Assembly: GCA_030295235.1 (NCBI GenBank)
Contig: AP026131.1
Span: forward strand, 558,001 to 622,000
Direction: 5' to 3'
Origin: Fistulifera solaris
Lineage: Eukaryota
Length of the DNA stretch: 64,000 nucleotides
In this document: positions 1 through 9,785 of the stretch, in pieces
Numbering within the stretch: position 1 is the stretch's first letter
How the letters are laid out: each line of letters begins with the position of its first letter
Position numbers and translations under genes: made by a program
Notes under the pieces: generated by a model
The model's database searches: none
Told to the model about the DNA's origin: nothing
What the model saw: the letters and a program-made list of their open reading frames with translations, nothing else

Positions 1-2020
1 GCGAGTTATGTCCTAAAGGAAATAGTGGACTACAAGAAAGAGTCGACGCGGTTCCGCATGAAGAGGCATTCGTGATCCACAACAACCGAAAGTATCCTAA
101 GCGGACTACCAAGGGATGGAAACTGTGTTGTCTATGGAATGATGGCACTACTACTTGGGAGAAACTGAAAGACCTAAAGCAGTCTCACCCTTTACAGTTA
201 GCGGAATTTGCTGTTGCGAGACAGATTGCTGAGGAGCCTGCTTTCTCATGGTGGGTTCCCTACACGCTCAAGAAAAGGACCAGGATTATTAAAGCGATGG
301 CTAAGCGCTACTTTCGTGTTACTCAGAATATGGGATCGCATTGCCAAAGACAGTCGAAGAAGCATTGGCGATTGATCGCGCTACGGAACTGACTTTTGGG
401 CAAAAGCGATTGAGAAGAGATGCGTCGCGGTAGCTAAGGCGTTTCAGATCCTTGATGAAGACGCTCCCAATCCTGCTGGTTTTACCAAGATTGGGGTTCA
501 CATGGTTTTCGATATAAAACCAGATTTCACACGGAAGGCCCGCCTCGTAGCAGGGGGGACACATGACGGATCCGCCGAGCTCGATTACCTATGCTACTGT
601 TGTATCGAGAGAAAGCGCGGATTGCCTTCCTACTTCGCGGCATTGAACGATTTGGACATTATGGCGGCAGATATTGGAAATGCGTACTTGAATGCACCAG
701 TTCGAGAACGAATCTTTATTATTTGCGGTGCCGAATTTGGTCCACAGTTCAAAGGTCGAAAAGCGAAAATCGTGAAAGCTCTTTACGGACTGAAGAGTTC
801 TGGAGCTGCGTGGAGGTCATATCTGAGTGAGTGTTTGCATGAGTCGTTGAGTTTTACACCTTGTCGAGCGGATAACGATGTATGGATACGGCCGGCACAG
901 AAAGCCGGATGGGACTAGTTACTACGAGTTGGTATTGGTCTATACGGATGACATCCTGTGTGTTTCTGTGGCGCCGGAAGCTATTCTATACAAGCTTGAT
1001 CAACACTTTCTTCTGAAAGAAGGTTCGATAGGCAAGCCAACTCGCTACTTGGGTTCGACGATTGGTCAGCATCAATTCCCGGGTGATGAAAAGCCTTGTT
1101 GGTCGATGAGTTCGAATGAATATGTGAAGGAAGCAATACGAACGTTTGTCTTTGGTTGGAAAAGCGAGATGAGGCTTTACCAAAGAAGGCGTCAAGTGTT
1201 TTACCACCGAAGTACCGTCCGGAGCTTGACATATCGCCGGAGTGCGATGACGACGAAATCCAGTTTTATCACTCGCAAATAGGGGTTTTACGGCTGGATG
1301 GTCGAGCTTGGAAGAGTTGATATTTGTGGTGAAGTTTCGATGCTTGCGTCTCACAGTGCGATGCCAAGGAAAGGCCATCTAGCTGCGGTTGTGCATGTCT
1401 TTGCATATTTGAAGTCACATGAAAGGTCTAAGATTGTGTTCGATCCTTCGTATGTCGAGCACGCCAGACAACCTAGACCTGATTGGAATGACTTTTACCG
1501 AGATGCTAAGCCTATGATTCCAACGGATTGTCCAAAGCCATTGGGTAAGCCTGTGCAAATAACGTGTTTCGTTGATGCTGACTTGGCGGGTGACCATGTT
1601 ACTCGTCGTTCCCGTACAGGTGTCTTGGTCTATTTGAACAGGTCATTGACAGTATGGTACAGCAAGAAGCAAACTTCGATTGAGACGTCGACATTTGGTG
1701 CTGAGTTTAGTGCTATGAAAACGGGCGGTCGAGTTAATCGAAGGTCTACGGTACAAACTACAGATGATGGGTGTGCCGGTAGAGGATCCTGCGGTTGTCA
1801 AAGGTGACAATATGTCGGTGATCAAGAACTCGAGTATTCCTGAATCAGTTCTGAAGAAGAAGTCCAATTCGGTGGCATATCACTATGCGTGGCCGAGTTG
1901 CGATGGGTATTGTTGATGTATCCTACGAGCCTCACGAAGACGAATTTGGCAGATATTCTGACGAAGATTCAAGCTGGGAATGTACGAGATCCACTGGTGA
2001 AGCGTATTTTACATCAGTGA
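1..2020 (+). pseudogene. pol: copia pol fragment: chromodomain-like segment, reverse transcriptase, RNase H; multiple frameshifts
   Basis: ORFs 72-392, 502-918, 878-1282 and 1298-1807 join into one Pol across 1-bp shifts. Decay and assembly error cannot be told apart here. Confidence 0.85.
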
Positions 2021-2313
2021 TGCAGGCGATAGGTCCCGATGCACTGGTTGGGTAGTTATGTTTACTATTCCGATGGGATGAGCCTCCTGGGGATAAGTTT
2101 TTCGTCCAGGTACAGTGATTGAAGTTTCAAGTTTGATACGTGGTTTTGACGTATTTTCCACGGACAAGTCGATGTGTGGTTTTGATGTATTTTCCACATG
2201 ATGAAGGATGGATTCGATGAATGAATCGTCATGGTTTTTATGTTGTTTTTCCATGAAATAAGGGTTTATCGGTTATGAAGGACACGTTGAAGCCCTAGCT
2301 CGGGTCTCATCGT

Positions 2314-2430
2314 GAGGGGACCGAAATAACCGAGTGTAGTACAGACGGGGAAGCCTCCGTGGTAGATGTAACACTTGTAGTCATAATTTTTACACCACTG
2401 CCTTATTTCGATTTCACGATCTCTCCTTCA
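2314..2430 (+). repeat. Candidate polypurine tract (GAGGGGA) and short 3' LTR (~2322-2430)
   Basis: GAGGGGA lies ~300 bp after the pol stop, followed by CGAAATAA...CCTTCA. The start would be CG instead of canonical TG. The 5' LTR is not available for comparison. Confidence 0.4.
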
Positions 2431-2760
2431 CAATGTGTCATAGTGCCACTGTCACTGGATAATAAAACACCGAGCAAAGAAAGAAATAATATAAAATATA
2501 ATACAAGCGGTCATTCCCAATGGTCATTATTATTTGCCTTCTCTTGTTTTCCTCCACAACACGTAAAGGACAATCAAGCACTTGCATTCCAGCTTTGTGC
2601 CTCGACCTCCTATCCAAAGTAATTGGGTGTGAGAAAGCGGGCAAATAATCGAGGAAGATTGCGCACACGGTTTGAAAGGATCGCATCTGCTCGCAAGGGA
2701 TAAAGCATTTCCGATAGCTATTCATTTTTTCTTGCTTTGTTACCCAATCACAATCTCAAA

Positions 2761-5005
2761 ATGGCCGAAGAAGACTCAAGAAAGTCGCAATACCAGCGCA
2801 AGCTGGCTCGTCAACGTCAACTGGAGTTGATGGAAGCAGCTGCGATGGGAACTGTCCCGTCGATGCAGCTTGATTTGGGTTCGGGCGGCATCCGCTCGCG
2901 TGGTGGAAAAAATGGAGACGATCTTAGTTTCGTAGGAGACGAGCATCAACCGGTTGTTTACAGTCCAACCAACAAGCGCACCAGTCTGCGATTCTCTCCG
3001 AATAACTCGCCGACTGGCACAGGCAAAGCCACGTCCAATCCGTTCAAATCGCGCAGCGCGGAAGAAGCTTTTTCGATCAACCTGATGGATCACGATGCCG
3101 GAGTCTATCGAGAAGATAAGCCGCGAGGATCCATTTTCAATACCATGAGAAGCATGTTCCAGTTTCCTTCGGCTCAGAAGAAAGACGCCAGAATCTCGGA
3201 AACGATCAATTTGCACGATATGGAGGAGACGGATGCAGAAATTGACTACTTGGGAACGAAGCCGGATTGGTTGAAAGCCAGACGCGACGAAAGCCGTCGT
3301 GCCAGCCCCATGGCGGCTTTTTTCCGGGGGCTGCGGTCGACTTTGTGCGGGCCTTCTCTACCAGCTTCAGCAAACTTGGACACAACCGCGCCGTCGTCGT
3401 TTGCTGTTCATAGCCTTGTTCTGTACTGCTATTGTCGTCCTCACCTTCGTTCTAATGCACACCGACAATCCTGCCTCGAAATATTATCATCACTTTGTCA
3501 CGGAGCCGTACTTGCGAGCACAGAACACGGCGCGATTCAACGAAATCATGGACACCATCGTCATGGCCTCCGTCAGTCACACCAGTGTCTTCCAAGACTT
3601 GCTGAGTCCAGAATATCATGCGTTGCGATGGATCGCATACTCGGACGAAGCCAAGCTGGATCCGGCGGATCCTATGCTTTTGCAGCGCTATGCATTGGCG
3701 GTCGTCTTCTACAACTCCTTTATTACCTTTGAAACCATCGCCGGACGCCAGCAGCCCATCATTATCGGCGACAAGCAATGGGAAGGAGTGCCCAACCCTG
3801 GCTGGGTTCGCAAGGATTACTGGATGACTGAAAAAGGGCATTGTATGTGGTTCGGTATTACTTGCACGCCAAATGATGAAGATGAGAATCACTACGATGC
3901 GAACGCCCCCGTCGTGTCGTTGAATCTCACCAAGAACCACGTACTGGGGCCCTTGCCGCCTGAGTTGAAAGCTCTGGAGAGTTTAAAGAGCTTGGATTTG
4001 AGCCACAACAAAATCGAAGGGTCGATTCCTTGGCAAGTAGGAAGAATGTTTCACATCAAGACTCTTTACTTGCATCAAAACACCATTTCCGGATCGCTTC
4101 CAGGAGAAATCGGGTTCTGGGAAGAAATGCAAGATCTCAAGCTCGGAAACAATCTTCTTAAAGGTAGCATCCCGTCGGAACTGAACCGGTTGTACAATCT
4201 TGAGAAATTGGCCTTGGATCATAATCAATTCACGGGTCAGATTCCCATCGTGAAGTCGCTGACTAAACTTGAGCAGCTTTATCTTGACAATAACAAGTTT
4301 GCTGGCAACTTCCCGTTCACGTTAATCTTCCTGACGAATCTATTGGAGTTGAACATGAATGACAACCATCTAACAGGGACCCTTCCGGCCGAACTCGAGA
4401 ATCTACGGCACTTGCGAAATTTGCATTTGCAAAATAACAAGCTGCACGGTAAAATCCCGGACGCCATCTTCACAAGAATGCTTCACTTGGCCGAAATAAC
4501 ATTGGAGAATAACGCGCTGACGGGGGATCTGCCCGAAGATATGGGTTCCGAGCGACTTTTGCGAGTTGTTCGCTTCAATAACAATCAATTATCGGGATCG
4601 ATTCCTACTACATGGGATCAGATGATAACGGTTGAGATTCTACACTTGCACGAAAACAAACTAAAGGGAACCTTACCTCCGGCGATCGGTAATATGACGG
4701 CCCTTCAAGAGCTCTACCTTAACAACAACCAGTTGACTGGTATGATTCCTGAAGAGATCGGACAAGCAACGAACTTGAAGAGCCTCTTCATGGAGCACAA
4801 CGAAATTGGTGGACGTGTTCCAACGTCTATGGGCAAGCTGGAGAACTTGCGGACACTGCGTATGTTTGATAACAAGATCAGAGGTTTCGTGCCGGATGAG
4901 GTTTGTGATCTCTCTAGTTTTCACAAGCTGACCACTTTTTCCGCGGATTGTGCTCCATTTGTGGGTATCATCATGAAATGCGATTGCTGCACAAAGTGCT
5001 ATTAA
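2761..5005 (+). CDS. Type II membrane leucine-rich-repeat receptor-like protein (cytosolic N-terminus, TM, many LRRs, C-terminal Cys cap); frameshift near 3320-3330
   Basis: ORF 2737 joins ORF 3299 at TTTTTTCCGGGGG. TM LLFIALFCTAIVVLTFVLM; SPEYHALRW/LLQRYALAVVF cap; LxLxxNxLxGxIP repeats; ends SADC...CDCCTKCY. Confidence 0.9.
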
Positions 5006-5548
5006 ATCTCTTAGCCAATCATTACGCATAATTCTCAAGTTGTTACGAAACGATACGAGACGTCTACTCACTCTTTTGTACTACGACGGCGCATCCTGAA
5101 GACTTCCGTCGCCTCAATATACATGCGAGCCGAAGCAGACTGTTCGTTATTGTCTCGATGAAAGGCAATTTAGTTCTTCTCCTAATGAGCGCTATGACCC
5201 TAGCATGTTAAAGGTGTGTTTCGAATGGATTGGATTCGTGCTCGGTCACGTAATACGACGTTCACCCAACGCCAGCAACCTGCTCAATTGTGATGTAAAG
5301 GATCATCAAAGCGGACTCTTGTCCAGAGACTACAAGCTAGGGCGTATGATGGCAAATAGTGTCACCGCACAAGCTGGAGGATTGAGGTCACAACACCCTA
5401 AAGGATTTGAAAGCACAGTATGTTCAATGTCAAAAATATTTATCATGCGACATCTAAAATATACTAAATTGGGAAAAGCAGAGAGGCTGATGTGAAATAT
5501 GTCGTGGGTCTGGCTGGAGGTATTGGCAAGGCGAGCAGTGATTCACGA

Positions 5549-5848
5549 CTAGTCAGCACTGCGGCTCGTCGGCATATCGGCATCCGCAGAGTCTAGTGAC
5601 TCCGTCAGTTCAAGCGCCTGATTGATGATGGAAATGAGATGCATTCTACGTTCTTCCCCTGTACGAGGTCGTGATGGAACTGAATTCATGGTCATAGTAC
5701 CATGTCTCGAAAGGGTGGGATCATTGCGGAACATGAGATATCTGGAATGGTATAAGGATGACTGGGCTTCGATGCCGTTTCTCGCGGCTGAACGCAGAGA
5801 TGCATCGCTTAGCGCTGTAAAAGTATCATGGGCTCTGCAAAATGACAT
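5549..5848 (-). CDS. Small hypothetical protein (99 aa)
   Basis: ATG-to-stop ORF ending in an amphipathic helix LISIINQALELTE. No family recognised with confidence. Confidence 0.5.
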   Translation of the reverse strand: MSFCRAHDTFTALSDASLRSAARNGIEAQSSLYHSRYLMFRNDPTLSRHGTMTMNSVPSRPRTGEERRMHLISIINQALELTESLDSADADMPTSRSAD

Positions 5849-6073
5849 TGCTTTCAGTCGATGTAGTTGTTAAAATTTCGTTTGATCTTTAAATGTGAGT
5901 GAAGCGGCGGACGTGGACGACGTCGAAAAGATTCATTTTCCGGACCAAGATGCATCACTCTCGGTCATCGAATGATGCAGACCCGCGACCCCTTTTACGG
6001 ATGCGGTACTTGATGACGCATAGAATCTTATTGGATGGGAAAAAGAAATGTCAAGTTAGTTAGATGTTGAAAC

Positions 6074-6665
6074 TTAGCAGTTAGCAGTTAGCAGCGATCA
6101 GCGATCAGCGATCAGTGATAAGTGATAAGATATTTAAGATCACAGATCAGACTGGTAACTTGCAGCTCGCAATTCGCTCTTTACAGAGGCCGCAGGCCGC
6201 AGCGTTAGCGTCAGCATTCAGCATTGAATGAGGAACTTGCTGTTTTCGTTTGTCTAGAGAATCTCATAGCTCATAATATCCAGCTTAGTATTTACGCGTT
6301 CCCTACAAAGTATGGAGGGACGAGTGACGAGGCTATAGCTTAGCGCTTAGCTATAGCTATGGCCTATCTCCTATCTCTGTCGCCTAGAAGGTTGTTGTTG
6401 TTTGGATGTTGGATGTCTGGGTCTCTGCTGGGTTTGGGTCTAGAGTCTCTAGACTATGTGTGGGCGTGTGGTGTGGGAGGAGGGAGGAGGGAGGGAGGTG
6501 AGAGAGAGATGATGTCTGATCGAAATAATGTTTCTAAGGAGACATTTGACTCCCACTTACAGCTTGTATCATGTACATGTATCATGAATCATGATTCATG
6601 ATCATGCATCATGCATTATGCATGTTCGTGGTACCACGCACGGCCATGGCCAATGGCCAATGCCA
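6074..6665. repeat. Cluster of drifting 7-bp stutter repeats
   Basis: (TTAGCAG)3(CGATCAG)3(TGATAAG)2 at 6074-6129; (GGCCGCA)2; TGTATCA/TGAATCA/TGATTCA/TGCATCA run at ~6565-6623; (GGCCAAT)2. Confidence 0.85.
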
Positions 6666-7575
6666 CTTTATGTCAATGTACAAAATCAGTGTCCCATCTT
6701 GCTACAATACTGTAGCCGACGAAGCGACGAAGGCCCAAGACCGGCTAGATTAGCTTCGCTTGAACCTTGAAGTTTGACTTGGTAATTATTTCAACTTTCA
6801 ATCCAAACTTCCCACTTTTTTCAACAATCGTTCACGGAATCAGGACCGAAGGCATTTTTCACTTCTGTCTTGTCATGATTCATGATTCTATGAACTTATC
6901 ACATCTGTTTTTAGCTTTTAAAACGATGTTATTCGTTTGAACATCTAGTTGTGTGTCGCTTCCTAAAAAACACCACAATTCGCAGTCTAGAGGTTGAACT
7001 ATTTTCAAGTAAATGCTGGACGAAAAGGTATCTCTAAACATAGTTGCCTGCTCGTCGACCTTAGAAGTGGCTTTCAATGAATTGGCAGTGGGACGTTGAG
7101 CAAGATACCTAAGGCAGATGTCCTAGTATGACATTAGATTCAACTCTGAGGTTTGTTCAGGAACGCTTGCAATTAATATTAGATGACAATCGCCATAAAT
7201 TAACCCTTGCTCGGCGCGAGCGAAGAAATAAAGTTACACTTCTCAGTTGCGTCTTGAAAAATAATAATTTCATACTCGTGATTGCAATGCAGTCATGAGC
7301 GAACGGTAATACACACTATACAGAGTAATATTTTTTTATAGCTTGAGCAATTTAACCTGAACCTTTACAAAATGCTTGAACAATGCCGACGACGATGAGG
7401 CGCCATTTGTGTTTTGTGTTTTGTGGCAGCTGTTAGCTTTATAATTTCGCATCGTCATGACAATTGATTAATGATTGATATTGCATCATTGGTTACTCTT
7501 TTACTTTTTTCAATCATCAGCACTAGTAAGAGCAGCAATGCAAGGAGTAGCTGTTTACGGCTTTCAACGAAGAGA

Positions 7576-8182
7576 ATGGAAGATAATTACGATCAGGAAG
7601 ACAACGACTGGAGAACGGTCGCTCCATCGAAACGGAACCGTGTCGCGCGTTTGCAGCCACTTCCCCCTCTGGTTTCAATCATTAGAAGCACCCAACAAAG
7701 AAACACAGTTCGAACCGTACATTTTAATGCTCATGGGACTTCCAGGGGCCGGAAAGTCGACCATTGCCGAAAAGTTACATGAACTAGAACCATGGAAATA
7801 CGTGCGCGTGAATCAAGACACATTAAAGAATCGAGAAGCCTGCCTGAAAGTCGCCAAGAAAGCTCTGAGTGAAAATAAATGCCCAATCATCGATCGATGC
7901 CACGTACAATTCATAAACCGTAAGCCGTTCTACGAATTGGCTGAATCGTTTCACGTACCTGTCGATCTACTGATTATTGATGCACCCTACTCCGCTTGCT
8001 TGGAACGCTGTCGACGGCGACAGAATCATCCGACACTATCGCCAGATGATGCCGGTTGGGTTATAACGAAATTCCAAAAGGACTGGGAAATGCCAGTAGG
8101 AAATGAAAAGATACGACAAATATGGACAATTTCAGGGATTGATGATCCCCGATTCCCGGACTTGTTTCGACGTTTGCTCTGA
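7576..8182 (+). CDS. P-loop kinase, AAA_33 / polynucleotide-kinase-like, copy 1; frameshift near 7665
   Basis: LMGLPGAGKST Walker A, RVNQDTL, IIDRCH, RRRQNHPTL. The N-terminus MEDNYDQE lies in the 7471 frame and shifts at a C run. Confidence 0.85.
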
Positions 8183-8746
8183 GGTCGGCCGTAACAACGT
8201 CACATATTTTTGTGTTATAAGGGACCTGTGGTCAGTTGGGATTGATTTGAGGCAGCCGTATGTTGAAAAAAAGGAAGTCGACGTACTTTACGGTTAAGGA
8301 GTCCGCACAGCTTCTGATGCAGCGAAAACCTTTCGCGCAGACTGCAAATCAAGACGACCTGAACGTGTTTGCTTAGCTTGACTATATGCTATATCGGTCG
8401 ATCGGCAGTCCAAACGCAAACCCTGTCTACCATTACACGAGAATATGTAAGGTTTGTTGTTCGAATTGGCTTCTCAACTCGATGCGGGTCGATTTTGAGA
8501 GAGAAGATCTTTTGAGTTCTTTTTTTCATTTACGTGGTGTCGCTCCAAGCTTCAGTGCGGCGTATGCCAGCACGTTTTGTCGGGGAGCCAATAGGAACGG
8601 CGAAAACTAAGGGATCTGTAGTTGAGAACTGGTCAACAGTTAACAGGGTCAAAGAAAGCTGATGGTTTTATTGTCCATTCGCCACGCGGAAACGATTTTG
8701 AGTGTAGAGCACCAGAAGTGGTACATGACAGCTATCATTGACTAGA

Positions 8747-9349
8747 ATGGAAGGAACCAATAGTTATAAGAACGAGGGCTTGCATAATGCTTCCGACTTG
8801 AAGGGAGTTGACACGTTGCAATTACAGCAGCTTCCAGAATGGTATCAGAGCTTGGAAGCGCCCAGTCAAAACACCTTTGAGCCATTCGTTCTAATGCTTA
8901 TGGGGTTGCCTGGTTCTGGGAAGTCGACAATCGCCGATACATTTGTGGAACTGGAGCCCTGGAAATATGTGTGCGTCAATCAGGATACACTTGGAGATCG
9001 ACATGCGTGTCTGAAACTCGCCGAACAAGTTCTGAGTGAGAACAAGTGCCCCATCATCGATCGATGCCATGCCTCATTCAAGAATCGCATACCGTTTTAT
9101 GAGCTCTCGAAATCCTTCAATGTTCCTGTAGGTATTGTCATTTTCGACGCCCCATACACTGTTTGTGTGCAACGATGTCGCGAGCGGTATGATCATCCCA
9201 CGGTGTCGTCGGACGAGGCAAGCAAGATCGTAGGATGCGCGCGCAAGGACTGGAAGTTACCGGGGAAGAGTGACAACGTGCGACACGTATGGACTTTCTC
9301 CGTAATAGAAGACGCCAAATTTCCCAAATTGTTCCGGCGCTTGCTGTGA
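8747..9349 (+). CDS. P-loop kinase, AAA_33 / polynucleotide-kinase-like, copy 2 (tandem paralog)
   Basis: LMGLPGSGKST, VNQDTL, IIDRCH, ERYDHPTV. Collinear with copy 1 through to the terminal LFRRLL. Confidence 0.88.
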   Translation: MEGTNSYKNEGLHNASDLKGVDTLQLQQLPEWYQSLEAPSQNTFEPFVLMLMGLPGSGKSTIADTFVELEPWKYVCVNQDTLGDRHACLKLAEQVLSENKCPIIDRCHASFKNRIPFYELSKSFNVPVGIVIFDAPYTVCVQRCRERYDHPTVSSDEASKIVGCARKDWKLPGKSDNVRHVWTFSVIEDAKFPKLFRRLL

Positions 9350-9785
9350 ATCGTATCATTATCGTCCCTTGAGAAATTCTTTCATTTGGTCTGGAGAAAG
9401 CAAGCCACCATCGGATAGTGAAGAAGAAGTGCAATGCATCGGATGAAATCCTTTCTATCAAATCATTCAAAGGGAGTATCAACACGACTAAAAGTTCAGA
9501 AGATGCCAATAATTTTTTAATAATTTACGGAGTACAGCTCAACCCGGCTCAACCGGAAGAATCATCATAATATCTTTGATATTTCCGGGACTGGAAAATT
9601 TTTGAGTCGCTATTCGCTGAACCTACATTGCATTGTACCCAGTATCGTATACGGAGTAGTAACTTTAGAACGTCAAAAATCTTTCGCAACAATGCGCATA
9701 GTGCGCACTGCGATGATCGCCGACATCGCGGCCACAATAAAGAGTGCACTTGAATATCATGTCAGTTCTTTTTTCTCACAAAACA

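Larger units (their letters stand above)
1..2430 (+). mobile_element. Ty1/copia LTR retrotransposon (diatom CoDi-like), 3' portion; 5' part lies outside the window
   Basis: Frameshifted ORF pieces give copia RT motifs (HMVFDIKPDFTRKARLVAGG; DIGNAYLNA; KALYGLKSSGAAW; LVYTDDIL), then copia RNase H (FVDADLAGD..TRRSRTG; WYSKKQTSIETSTFGAEF). Stop TGA at 2018-2020, purine tract at 2314-2320. The right end depends on an uncertain LTR call. Confidence 0.93.

Noticed and set aside
6475..6510. G/A-rich tract as a G-quadruplex element
   Set aside because: A simple low-complexity purine run with no independent support for function.
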